A stretch of DNA of 17,372 bases from Ginkgo biloba (GCA_024626585.2 JANKJI020000002.1:16446712-16464083); one strand, 5' to 3'. Counted from the first letter of the stretch, positions 1 through 12,789 are shown. Translations and numbers: made by a program. Notes: generated from the letters alone by a model not told the origin.

Positions 1-638
1 GATTTTCCCTGATAATCAGTTTCCATGCAAATGAGGGTTTTCTTAAATGAATTTGCATGCTAGTGTTATTTCCATACATAAACACATAATATTATCCATA
101 AATTTACATAAATGTGACACTCTAGTGCAAGCATTCAAATCATGCATTAATTATGCAATAATTTGTTTATAGTAATTTGTACTTGTGAATAGAATGCTTT
201 TCTACAGGGTAGAGTTTTTGTCTACATTTTATGGGTTTCATTTAGTTAAAANNNNNNNNNNNNNNNNNNNNNNNNNNCTACAAGTTAGAAAAACCTTGCA
301 ACAAATTCTAGAGTAGTGCTTTCTTCTGCGATCAACAAATGGGCCAAGAATGATCCTCAAAGAGGTATAAACTCTTTCTTAGAGGCTTGCATTACTTTTT
401 GGAGGTACCTTTTGCAACTACAACTAAGAAAATGTTATCAAGATGAAGATGTCACCTTAGGACAACAATGCCCTAACTTCTAGAAGAAAAACATCCTTGG
501 TGAGACGTCACCAATTCAACCACATAGAGAGATTCCATATCTAAAATCTATTTGATACTGAGCTCCCAACAAACCAGAGAATGATAGGAAGCCAAGAAAT
601 TAATGAAAGATGCCAAAGCGAAAAAATAAATCCGAAGA

Positions 639-706
639 GTCATGAAACCTTATAGAATGGTTTCCAAGCCCAAAAATTGGGTTGTCATGAACCTTATAGA
701 ATGGTT
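639..706. repeat. 23-24 bp direct repeat (GTCATGA[A]ACCTTATAGAATGGTT) with a short CCCAA-AAA-TTGGG inverted repeat in the spacer
   Basis: Copies at 639-662 and 684-706 differ by a single A indel. Confidence 0.85.
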
Positions 707-1903
707 GGACTTGTGTTTGAACTACCTTGATCCCAATTACCTATGAGTTCATTTTCCATGTGACACTTTCTCATTGGAGGTGTTCTACAATAGGTTATCT
801 TTTTTACATTTAATTATTTCTCTTTCTTTCGTATTAGTGCCACTCTAGGGGATGCAACTAACAACTAGAGGGTCCACATTATAGCTTCTCTGCTCATTTG
901 ATTAGTTTTCCCACTTTTCAAGGTTAAATTTTCCTAAATTGACTAGCTTGTAATGACTTCGAAGCAATACACGCATAATATATGAGAACTACATCACATA
1001 GCACCTTACTAATGTAAGTAGATCTTGTAATTGCAAATTTTACTTTAAAATGCTAAGTTGTTGTGAATTTGTGCCTCATGTTCATTCATTGGAGTTCAAA
1101 CGGGTTAAAAAGTGGAATGGTGTAACACAATCAATTTTTGCATCACTTGTAAAGATTCAAGGTGAAGCTACGTACACAAATGTATAATGCATACAAAGTG
1201 CTTTGCAAGTAAACAAACAATGATTGTTCTAATTTTATTCCTGATATCAACAAATGTACAAAGTGCTCACCAATATGAGGGCATTATTTGATTTGGAAAG
1301 GGTAGTCACATTCATTCCCTTATAAGTTATAATAGTTGTTAGCGAACTCATCTGCTATCTAACCAACCTCGTATAGATGACATGACTCCATGTGAGTCTA
1401 TGCCCAATTTACAAGTGATAACACAACTCCATGTAAACCCCAAAAGGCTACTTTGTGGGACACCTTAGATTGCTCAAACCCCAGAAGTAATCCACAAAAT
1501 GATTATTTTGACTCCATGAATAATCACACTACTTGTAAACTAGGTTGAATTCCCTTGTACCTTCTAGAACAAATAATTGTTGTTGACTATTTTTGGATGT
1601 GGCCTTACTGTGGCAAGGTTAACGTTTCCGATGTGTCGCCACAGAATCCCGACAGCTCGATCGTTTCTCTCACCAACGGTTGAGTGTGGGGGTGGTGAGA
1701 CACATCGGCAGTGCAATCCAAGTTCTCTAGCAGCTAACAGTCAGCGGGGTAAAGTATGACAGTCATACGGAACTTAAGAACGTTAAATAGATGCATATAT
1801 CAGNNNNNNNNNNNNNNNNNNNNNNNNNNNNNNNNNNNNNNNNNNNNNNNNNNNNNNNNNNNNNNNNNNNNNNNNNNNNNNNNNNNNNNNNNNNNNNNNN
1901 NNN

Positions 1904-2200
1904 CTTTAGTGCTCTCTTTAAAGGACATAGATACTGATTTGACTCTATTTTCCTTAGGAATATTAAGAGTATCAAATAAAATCTCAATAGCTCTTATCCA
2001 TGCCCTGAAGGATGATGCAAGGGCTATTCCATCAAACTTTGGAATCTACATATTCCAGAATTGCTTGGCATTTTGCAATAATTCCCAGTCCTTCTTGGAT
2101 TTCTCCCATCTCCCATCACACCTCTCTTTCTTTGGATTCTTCTTCTTCTTCCATTTCTTCCTCCTGAGATTCGTCTTCTTCTTTAGTTCATGGTTCTCTA
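1904..2200 (-). mobile_element. Degenerate Ty3/gypsy gag N-terminal fragment (Tekay/Del-like), cut by an assembly gap
   Basis: The minus strand of about 2069-1904 reads AKQFWNM*IPKFDGIALASSFRAWIRAIEILFDTLNIPKENRVKSVSMSFKESTK. This fits the gypsy capsid pattern P.FDG...AWI..IE..F..L.IP.E.RV and is preceded by an acidic E-rich stretch. It has an in-frame stop. Confidence 0.7.
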
Positions 2201-3246
2201 AGGGAACCTTGAATTATCCCTTATTTCCTTTTTCTCTCATATATCCAAAGAGGGTCCACAAGAGGTTGTCTTTCTTTATTCAGTTTCTTTATCTCAACCT
2301 CCATACCTTCCAACATCTTAGATTCCATATTTCAAAATCTAGTTTCCCCTAGGTTCTAATCCAAAAGTAACTGTCTTGCCTTGATTATAGTGCTAACTAG
2401 GTTAATTTGATTGTCTCAAGACTAGATAAATAATTTGTCTATCTAATAAACATGATTTACTTTCAAGTGCGCTTCGTAGCTAAGAATGATAGCTCAAAAT
2501 CCAAGAGTTTATATAAACACATAAGTTACTATGTATGCATAAAACATTCATTTATATCAATTCATGCATAGTCACATAGGAGTCAAGGTTGGACTACTAG
2601 GATAAGGGTTAAGGTAATTGAGATATATATTACACTCCCATTGTTGGCCATGAGGGCCCCTAAAGGATTGAACTATAGCTACCAACGCAAGCCTCTAGAG
2701 CCATAATTGCTAACCATCATCCCCAAGTAGCTTGCCCGTTTGAGTCCACCCCCTATAACTAGGAAGAGTGCCAAGGCAGTAGGCTCCAAGCCTTCTTTTA
2801 GGCACTAGGATAATCTCTATATACAACTAAGAGACCCCTCCTCTAGACAGCACATACACTAAGGCCTACCAATCCCACTCAAAACCCAAATAAGCAGGAA
2901 CCGTGCCGATCAGTTGAGAACAATAGTCTCCACTATGGTTGCTANNNNNNNNNNNNNNNNNNNNNNNNNNNNNNNNNNNNNNNNNNNNNNNNNNNNNNNN
3001 NNNNNNNNNNNNNNNNNNNNNNNNNNNNNNNNNNNNNNNNNNNNATTACATTAAAGTGAAAATACACTAATGTACATGCTTTGACGTGATAGTTCATCAT
3101 TGCAAGTTCAACCTAAAAAAGGAAAATTGAGAAAACTTTAGCCCATTGGCTATAATCTAGGAGAGTTCTCCTAACTTCCAGGGACCTCTAGGGAGAATTT
3201 GGTCACTATTGCTTGTATGTTCAAGCACAAACGAGTAAAATCTCTC

Positions 3247-3700
3247 AATTGTTTGATGGAACGGATCTTCCATTCATGGTTCTCCGTTGCTCTCTTACTC
3301 ACAAACCTAAGTGCAGTCTTTGGAATCGAACTACCAACAAATAGCTTACCAAGGACAAGAAGCTAAATCTTTTAGAATGAAAAACAATAGAAGCAATAAG
3401 GACATCGAGGGAAAAATGCCCAACTCATGAGCACAGGCAAATAAATCGCAATCTATCTTGGATGCCATCATTCACCGACAAAGCTCCAAAGACTAGCAGA
3501 ATCAACAAATCCTCCATTTGCAATGTGCAAACAAGAATTCAGGTTAGGGATAAATCATAATTGCCATACTGGATAGTATTGAGCATGCCAAAGGACGGGC
3601 ATGGATGTACATGAGCACAAATGAGGCTATATGAATGTAAATTCACAACACAAAACACTGAAAGCACGACCTTCCTCCTATTCCACCAGAATTCTCCCTC
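3247..3700 (+). mobile_element. Possible highly decayed Ty1/copia gag remnant
   Basis: With frameshifts it gives FDGTD/FHSW near 3253-3280 (copia gag FDGTNF..W) and LL.IPPEF near 3670-3695 (LL.SLP..Y/F). Only two short motifs, so support is weak. Confidence 0.3.
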
Positions 3701-4107
3701 CCACAACAACATATTTTGTTTTCATTGTATGTATTGTCACAGGTCTCCATTAAAATAATTTAACAAGAGTATCTAATTTTCATCATATGAATCATCAGAT
3801 GTCTCTTCTTAACAGTAAGTTAAGAAGAGAGTATTTGATGTCCATTTTGCAGTCTATGTGGCTGCATGCCTTTTGGTATAAACTGGTAAATTTATTTCAA
3901 ATTACTTCTCTTTTAATGCACAACTTTTCATTGTTGAGAGAAAGATTATAATTGCTTCAGAAGAAACAGTCTGTCATTTTGCTTCTAAAAAAATCTACTT
4001 TTTGCATCTGAGATATGTTCATTTATTGGTTGCATTTCTATTAAATCATTGGACTATTTTTTTTTTCTCTTTATACAGAAGGATGTTTGTGGTAGCTTTG
4101 AGCTTGA

Positions 4108-4669
<562 letters not shown>

Positions 4670-5580
4670 TAATACATTTGTCCACATTGTGTGTTTAATA
4701 ATCATGCTGCATCAATCTTTCAATTCAATGATTTCCACTGCCTAAAGTGAAGGAACAGATGTCTATCCAGAGTGCTCTGGATTTGACACCAGAGGTTTCT
4801 TGCTTGACTTCAGTTGTATTGAGTGTAACATTAGAATTTAAAGGAAAAGATAACACTATAGTTATGAATATAGTTTTGTTGTTGTCATTGGTTGTATCTA
4901 TAATTCAACACCGTGTCTATGCATTTTCTCCTTTCAAGTACCCCAACAAGAAAGGAGTAAATGCATGGTACACTAGTCCGCTGAAGTAAACTCTTGGCAA
5001 CAGAGAAGTATCTTCTTGGCCATTGTGAACTATTCTGTCTTTTATGTAGGATGGACATCCAAACACCTGGAATAAGGAAACTTCACAATTAGTTACAATG
5101 TATGGAGAGCATACCCTGACAGGTCTTCTTGTACCTCAGCTCAGTTAGTTTCCTTTAAGTGCTATCTGTATCTGTCACATCTTCATCTGCTAGACCGGGA
5201 GGGTGAGATGGATGAAGGATAAGACAGGATGAAGTAACATATGAAAATGGCAGTTTGGAAAATTTAAAGGCATATGTTGCAAGCCATTTCAGACACGTTT
5301 GACTTGAAAAAGTGGAGAACAAAGTTGAAATAGATGTCTAAGATGACAGTATACATAAAATTTGGATTACTGTAGCTCTTAAGAAAGCCATATTGTCCCC
5401 AAAATGACTACATTCTCTTCTCTAGGTATTAATCATTTCATGCTATATCTAAACCATTAAAGAGGTAGGAAATACGCAACAGCCATTCTTGTAATACATT
5501 CTTGTTTACTTACGTTCTTATAACATGTTTCTTTCTAACTTGTAAGCCTTATGGGTGTGGTATATCAACAAAATTACTAG

Positions 5581-5661
5581 ATAAGAGCCCAAAAACCAGC
5601 CTACGTGTGGTTAGCGGTTTTAGGGTCAGCATCTATCCCAGCCTAATAAGAGCCCAAAAAC
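5581..5661. repeat. 16-bp exact direct repeat (ATAAGAGCCCAAAAAC) flanking 49 bp
   Basis: Copies at 5581-5596 and 5646-5661. CCAGCCTA also occurs at both inner edges (5596-5603 and 5638-5645). Confidence 0.85.
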
Positions 5662-6249
5662 ATCACATGAAAATATCATATATCATCACTGAATTGCAGA
5701 ATTCAGGGTTAGGTTCAGCTCTTGGCAGTTTGCTCTAGACTTATTCTACCAGCTACCCCAAATACAAACAGAGTGGAAAACCTCAACATCTTTGGTAGTA
5801 GTTTTTCTCTGAAAGTCACATTAGTATATTGATATAAGAAGGATTCCATCATATTGGCTCCAAAAGCCTTTTGAAACACCAAAATACTATATGCCTGATT
5901 GAAGAGCGATTATTGTGCATCTTCTTAGTAGACCAATGAACCAACATATATCGGCATACATTCTACTCTTATGTTCTACTGTATACTTACACAAGTGCCC
6001 AATCAACTAATATGAAGCTATTGTTGCCCACATCATGTGCCTTTCTTCTACTCCTCCTCTTCAAACATACTGACAGGAATGCTCTTAACAAGTGTGTTGT
6101 CATTGTCCTTTTGTGCTACACCTTGAATGTTACAGCCCCTCCCCCCCCCNNNNNNNNNNNNNNNNNNNNNNNNNNNNNNNNNNNNNNNNNNNNNNNNNNN
6201 NNNNNNNNNNNNNNNNNNNNNNNNNNNNNNNNNNNNNNNNNNNNNNNNN

Positions 6250-6950
6250 AGGAGATATTTATAAGGACTGCATTTAGTCCATATTGTCCTCTCCATCCAA
6301 GGCTCTTAGTCCTAAGCTAACCTTCTTTCATGAGTACTTCCTTAATATTTACAAGGGCACCATTGATCCTCCAAGATATCTATGCCTACACATGTCGCAT
6401 AGCATGTGATTCCTTATTGGACAATTCAAAGTATGATCCCACCAGCTTTGATTAGAGGTAGAACACCATGTGTCCACAGATCAATACATCTATAGACTTT
6501 GCTCATTGGAGGTGGAGATAGAGGAACACTTCATTTTTGGGTGTTGTGTCATTTATGAGATTAGAGGGAGGTAGTACTACCTTTTTAGAGATGTAGGAGG
6601 CTCCCTCTCTACACCCATCTCTTATAGGGACCAACAATATGTGGCTCTCTTTCTTAGAGAGTTCTTCCTCCATAGGTGTCACTTTCTGTAAAGCATTGCG
6701 CAACGATTAACAAGTCCAATGCATCACCTCTTTCTTTTAATTGATGACCTTAATAGTAAGGCAAAAACATATGATGCATATGTAGAGCCTCCAACAAGAC
6801 ATCTGATATTGCCCAGAGGCCTAGACAGGTTATCCTCCCCATACACAACCTAGTAAGAGACACCTTAGACATGCTAGGAGAAGCCCTTATAGAATCAAGA
6901 GAGTCAGATCCAGGTCTAGGGGAGATGCACTAATCACTAGCTTATTCATA
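6250..6950 (+). mobile_element. Degenerate non-LTR retrotransposon (RTE/RTE-X-like LINE), ORF C-terminus with CCHC zinc-finger region; 3' boundary approximate
   Basis: One frame, 6299-6691, reads KALSPKLTFFHEYFLNIYKGTIDPPRYLCLHMSHSM*FLIGQFKV*SHQL*LEVEHHVSTDQYIYRLCSLEVEIEEHFIFGCCVIYEIRGR*YYLFR...DQQYVALFLRE. This matches the YL...R..IGQFR.SSH.L.IE.GR...R.C.LC...E.EEH.I..C..Y.EIR.RY pattern. It carries several stops. Confidence 0.8.
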
Positions 6951-7753
6951 CCAGACAAAGGAGCTTCAACCTTGGGTGCTAGGAGAAAGATGAATTGATC
7001 TAGCAAGAGGGATAGACAAGCAACTCATACCAAACTTAGAGGCATCGACTACTGGACTTCAGAGGAGATCATTAGACATGCCTTGGGTGACTTTGTTATG
7101 ATGGATTCCCCATAAATATCTCTTTATACTATTGGTAGTGTATAGTGACCTCGTCTAATATATTAGGGCCTTACACTCTTTCTAGAAGGGCATTCGTGCT
7201 CCCTTTGGATGTACCTTTTATTTATCACTNNNNNNNNNNNNNNNNNNNNNNNNNNNTGTTTTATTTAGAGTTCTTCTTAGTGGAGCTCTCTTTTAGTTCC
7301 TATCTTTAGTATTGGATTTTCCAAAAGCACTCCCTGGGCATGTAACATTTGTGCGCATTATTATAGTCCTATCAACCGCTTTTTGGTCTTTTGTGGACAT
7401 TACTTTACTTTTAAGTTCAATTTCACTTTCTATAATTACTCTTTAAAAAATACATCAAATTCATTTAACTACNNNNNNNNNNTTAGACAAGAGGAACCAT
7501 CCACAAGAAACTCTATTCCTATGCCCATTTGGTTCACTTGGGACCCCCTTTTAGGTTATTATTATTATTGAGAAAAGCATTAGAGTTACAAGCATATAGT
7601 TTTAAGACTCTCTCTAATCATATGGTGATATATCTTTGATGTGCCTTCCCTCTCTTAATCCTTCAAATTAAGAAAGAGGAGAGAGAAGTGACCTATGGTC
7701 TCCATGACCTTTGGTGCTTGGCCTTGTTGTGACCTTGTACCCTTTGTCACTTT

Positions 7754-8136
7754 TCAACTTTCAGTGACCCTTCACCTTTGAGTGAAGGCCTAACTTCCAA
7801 TGGCCTTCCAACTTCTANNNNNNNNNNNNNNNNNNNNNNNNNNNNNNNNNNNNNNNNNNNNNNNNNNNNNNNNNNNNNNNNNNNNNNNNNNNNNNNNNNN
7901 NNNNNNNNNNNNNNACAACCATTCAACTTTTGGTGGACACTCAACTTTCAGTGCCATTTCCGACTTCCACTAACAATTCACCTATTGAGTATTCAACTTT
8001 CGATGAACTTTCAAATTCCAATGACTATTCAACTTTTGATGACCATTAAGCTTCTAGCGATTGTTCACTTTCCAATGATTACTCAACTTCTAACAACTAT
8101 TCAATTCCCACTGGTTGTTCTACTTACCATGACTCT
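7754..8136. repeat. Degenerate 18-bp minisatellite, consensus about TCAACTTCCRATGACYAT, interrupted by a gap
   Basis: Units start at 7754, 7772, 7790 and 7808, then after the gap at 7923, 7941, 7960, 7978, 7993, 8011, 8029, 8047, 8065, 8083, 8101 and 8119. This explains the 6-aa periodicity of ORF 7778-8215. Confidence 0.9.
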
Positions 8137-8868
8137 GCTAGGCCTTCTTCAACTTGCTAAGTTCTCAAAAGTGTGTCATTTTGGTGATGGCATACATCCA
8201 TGTAACTTGTTATGATTACCACTAGAGAATAAACCTCCTTAGACTTCAAGGGTTGCTAATTAGTGCTTGTAACCTCTGTCCTCTCCTAAGGAAGTCATTT
8301 GCCCCAATGATTTACTCCATTAGTCAATGATGAAAATGCTTTTTGTCATTTATGGAAACATTAACATGCTCCTATAATGTGCAATGGGAATAATCAAACT
8401 AAGGCCTTTGCAATATCATATATTCGATGATGACACCCATATACTACTTGAAGTAGCAATATGAATTTGATGAAAATATCAATATATAATATAATGAAAA
8501 ACATCATCATCATCGATATCCAATCCCTGATATACAATTATCATGGCACCAATATTTCTTTAGAATAACATTGTAGCAACACAAACATCAACTCCATAGT
8601 CTCTTGTACACTTTTCTCAAGCATTAACATGGCATGATAATGTCATAAGTATTTGACTATCATAAAGTGAAGCATAAGAAAAATTATCTTTGCACATGTC
8701 TATGCTAGTGAACTATCCATCCATCGGGTTGACTAATTGTCAATAAACCAATATCATAAAAATCTCTTGGATAGGTTTTGAAGTAAATGTGACATTTCCA
8801 CAATTACTCAAAGTCAGAGCTTGATACATAAAGGGCATATGGCATTCAACACCTCTTATCAACTTCAT

Positions 8869-9009
8869 TGCCTTGCTCATAAGGGAACGTTTAGACTTGC
8901 ATGGAATGCATCACCTTACTCTCAAGGAGATTTTTGGTATTGCATGATAAACCTACCTCACCCTCAAGGGGATTTTGGCCTTACAAAATTTGACACCACC
9001 TCACCCTCA
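8869..9009. repeat. Degenerate 42-43 bp tandem repeat, about 3.3 units
   Basis: Units start near 8869, 8911, 8953 and 8996 and share the core ACCTYACYCTCAAGGRGATTTT(T)GG..TTRCA. Confidence 0.75.
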
Positions 9010-9423
9010 TGTTAGCTTTGTATAATAATGGTGAATGAACACACCCTTCATTTATCAAGTAGTTGTCTTCTAACAATAGTGTTATGGCCAGCCAATCGAC
9101 CAAATAGAACAATCTATCTTGAGTTTCCTTTTTACTGCATAGTCTTCAAGAGTATGAAGTTACCATGAATAGCCATTGACGACATAAATCATTCATATAA
9201 ATCAATGTTATTTGAGCAGGTACACGTATTTTTTTTATTTGATTTTCCTACAAAGAATTAATGATGTATATGCTAACCAAATTCAAGACGATATTCTAAA
9301 ACATAAAAACTTACCCCATGGCCTTGATTAATGTGTAATGGGAACAAGGAGCTTTTTGGCATACACTAGTAATGTAATAGACTTCCCATACTAAAACCTG
9401 CAAAATTGATTACTTGAGATTTG

Positions 9424-9439
9424 TATATATATATATATA
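9424..9439. repeat. (TA)8 microsatellite
   Basis: TATATATATATATATA read directly. Confidence 0.95.
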
Positions 9440-9712
9440 CACGAGGCAATGTTAGTTATGCATTTAGAAATGAAAAATAGCCATAACTAAGTAGTGCAAT
9501 GGAAAATTATACATTACATATATTTAAACATATTAGTTTACAATCTCGATTAGTAGAATGTATTAGTTTATAGATTATTAACGAGGGGATTGTTAGACCA
9601 AGGTCGACTTACNNNNNNNNNNNNNNNNNNNNNNNNNNNNNNNNNNNNNNNNNNNNNNNNNNNNNNNNNNNNNNNNNNNNNNNNNNNNNNNNNNNNNNNN
9701 NNNNNNNNNNNN

Positions 9713-11216
9713 CATCTTCATTGGTGTAAAACATGCAAAGTATACAACACATATCCAACAAATAGAAGGAGGCCCAAAAGATGATGATAGAGCTTGTAAA
9801 TATCATGGTACAAATGCAAGCGCAAGTATCTTCATCAAATGCACCATCTTTAGTAGAACCAACACAAATGGTTCAATATTCTTCTCCTCTTCCATTTTTC
9901 ATCTATTACTCCTACTACTATCTTGCCTCCTTTAAATATTGTAAATCCAACTTTAGAACAAATCCCATTTTATCTAGAGTCCAAAGTGGATATAAAGTTG
10001 TTTGAATGCAAAATTGCTTGAATCTTGGATTCAAGCATTCGAAGTTTACTATTCTTATCAATCTATTTTTATTTGCAGGAGACTATTTTTTCTTAGTTGA
10101 AGATGTCCGACAAAGCCTTGTTGTGGTGGAAGGCTTATTGTAGAGAAAGGGAGCAAGAGAACTGACCCCTAATCACACTTCATGGTTGGGATTTAAGAAG
10201 GAATTTAGACATAATTTTTATGCTCTTGTCTATGAAGATGAGTTGTACCTTAAGTGGAAACAGTTTCATTAGAAAACCAATCAATCACTTGAAGATTACT
10301 AGGAGGAATTCTAGGACCTATCCATAAGATTGGAGATCAAGGAACCCAAGGAAATGATGGTTTTCAATCTCATTGGAGGACTACATTATCAACTCCAACA
10401 TAAAGTAGAGCTATTCTCCCTCCATTCCATGCAAGAAGCTTTCCAATTTGCTTCCAAGGTTGAAGTAGTAAGAGAATGCCACAAACCTTTTANNNNNNNN
10501 NNGGCAAATAGAAAACCACTATTTCCAACAACTCTTCTTATAACAAAGATAAGAATAAAATTGGTTTTTACTGTAATAAGAAGTGTAGGCAATATAAGAA
10601 AATTGGTATGATGAAACAAATTGCTTCAAGTTGCATCCCAAAAAGGCACCAAGGTTTCTTCATCAAAAGGATAGTAAAAACATTCTTGAGGTGCCCATTA
10701 TGTCAAATGAATTTGACTTTTCTATTACACTTCTCAACACCAAGACTAGCGATAAGAAAAGGGAGAAGCTTTTCACATTGAAGTTTGAGATAAAGGACAA
10801 GACTATTGCTATAATTCTGGACAGCGTGAGCCAAAAGAATTTAGTTTTTACAATTATGGTGAAAGAGTTGGCACTCACACACATGATCATCCAAAGGCTT
10901 GGGAGATCAACGCTAGAACCAAGGACGATAGAGACCAGGTCACTAAACAATGTACTTTCAAATTTTCGATCACCAAGTAATTTGTAGATGAGATCACCTG
11001 TGATATTGTTGCCATGGACTACACTAGTGTTTTTCTAGGCATTCCATTCCACATGATAGGAGAGATAAGATAATTTCTTATCAAGGAAAATGTGAATTGT
11101 ATAAAGATGGCAAACCCATCATCATTAGTTTTGTTCTTGTAGAAAAAACCACCATTTAAGTTAATAGCTATCAAGTTAAATAGTTAGTTCAGGCAGCCTA
11201 GAAATTTGTTTTAATC
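9713..11216 (+). mobile_element. Degenerate Ty3/gypsy (CRM-like chromovirus family) gag-protease, copy A, bounded by gaps
   Basis: Capsid motifs ESKVDIKLF...WIQAFEVYYS...LKMSDKALLWW. Decayed zinc knuckle CRQYKKIG(H)DETNCFKLHP near 10585-10640. Aspartic protease REKLFTLKFEIKDKTIAIILDSVSQKNLV (DSG changed to DSV at 10820-10828). Many stops and frameshifts. Confidence 0.88.
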
Positions 11217-12789
11217 NNNNNNNNNNNNNNNNNNNNNNNNNNNNNNNNNNNNNNNNNNNNNNNNNNNNNNNNNNNNNNNNNNNNNNNNNNNNNNNNNNNN
11301 NNNNNNNNNNNNNNNNCATTATAGAATATCCCTACTTATGACCCACTTAATATCCAAGTGGCAAAAAATAGTTGCATTAGATGAAACTCAATTTTGAGAA
11401 TGAATGAATCCCTTAACATTTAATAATGGCAAACGCTTAAATATGTTAATATTTACTTAAAACCAAAGAAATATATGATATTACATTAAGAAAGGACATG
11501 CAAATAAGTGGTTACAATCATTGGACTATAAGATATTTTGGACCAACTATTAAATAAATGAAGACAATTAAGGATTGGGTTGATAGAGAAATAACTAAAG
11601 TTAGATCTTTGATTCTAGTTGAAGAGCTAAGAAGGGGCTCATAGACTTGATAGGTCCAATGGTAAATCCTAAAAGGGCATAACACATTAGAGGGGAGGTT
11701 ACACAACATTGAGTTTCTAATGAAGGTTGTGACCTAATGGCTTATTTATAGGGACATTATCTTTATCTCATTTTATCCTACATATATAGGAATTTTTACT
11801 CATTTGAGTTTTTCCCCTAGGCCACACTCTCATGCACCATTTAAAAATAGACAAGGACTCTTTACATGTGGTAGTATGAACATCTCTTTGGATAGAAAAG
11901 GGACAATGACATGATCATATCTTTTAATAGGTTTGCTTAATTTTGGACCCACACTCATTTATTTAAGAGAGCATTAGGCTTTATATTATATATATTCATG
12001 ACTTTGTTCTTATGTTTAGAGAGATTCTTCCATCCTCATTGAAACTATATATTTTTCTCTCAAGTTGTGAGAGTTATCATTAATAAAATATTCTTATTCT
12101 TTGTCCAAATTCTTCTTCTTCTCCTCCTATAACTTCTTTGAAATTATTATTTTAAAACATACATTCGTAAAGATATTCTACAATCTACCTCACCCTGTAT
12201 CTCCCTTTTAATTTCAATATAAGAAAAATATCTTTTATTGAGAAATGTAAAAGTCAACTTATGTCTTGTAGGATTTAGCATTCAAATCTAGAATCCAAAC
12301 ATCAAACCACATGAAAATATTTCCATGTGAGAAAGATGAACAATTGAATTTTTCTTAGTCTAAGAAAAAATCTACAATGTTGAAGGGGAAACCCATTGTG
12401 TGACTTAGGGAAACATTTCGTCCATCAAGAAAATCTATGATGCCTTTAAAAATATACACATCGTAAAATATAAATGATACACATTTCTTTTGCTAATCAA
12501 TAACTAAGAACTAGAGTGAATTTTAAATTAGAGATAAAGATATTTGTAGTCTCCTAGGATTGTAGAAGCTTCTAGATTGCCTAGGCATCATTATGAACAT
12601 TCTTTTAAGTATTCTTGGAGATTTTATGCTTTTACGCTTCCAAAGATTCTACTTGTAGGAACCACCTCTAAGGATGCATCATCTACTATTTGATTAGTTC
12701 TACTCTTATGGTGAGAAATTAGATTTTCATTTCTTTGCCCATTTTCCTTACGCATTTATTTCCTATGGTCAATACCAAATCCATATCTA

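Noticed and set aside
1756-2352. 198-aa + strand ORF with a Phe-rich hydrophobic stretch
   Set aside because: It spans a 100-N gap and is the antisense shadow of the purine-rich minus-strand gag remnant.
4747-4989. 80-aa ORF after the second HXK exon as a possible next exon or small membrane protein
   Set aside because: No hexokinase similarity (no G.DVV or NDT motif); the hydrophobicity reflects T-rich intron sequence.
5035-5125. Possible cryptic exon after TCTTTTATGTAG (acceptor at about 5049)
   Set aside because: The peptide is unrelated to HXK and the donor (GTCTTC) is weak; such sites occur by chance.
7778-8215. 145-aa ORF with periodic QL.MTI, or a CRISPR-like array
   Set aside because: It is produced by the 18-bp minisatellite and crosses a gap. 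There is no repeat-spacer structure and no cas genes, and the context is eukaryotic.
9583-9612. GAGGGGAT-TGTTAG as a PPT plus LTR start
   Set aside because: Only about 20 nt are visible before a gap, and no pol remnant is recognisable upstream, so it cannot be supported.
11530-11700. Possible chromodomain remnant
   Set aside because: Only a vague ILD...R.LR resemblance; the diagnostic YLVKW and W motifs are absent.
11729-12182. Possible solo LTR (TGTGA...CTACA with TATA-like and AATAAA motifs)
   Set aside because: The flanking 5-mers (AAGGT and ATCTA) do not match as a TSD, and there is no second copy or PBS in the window.
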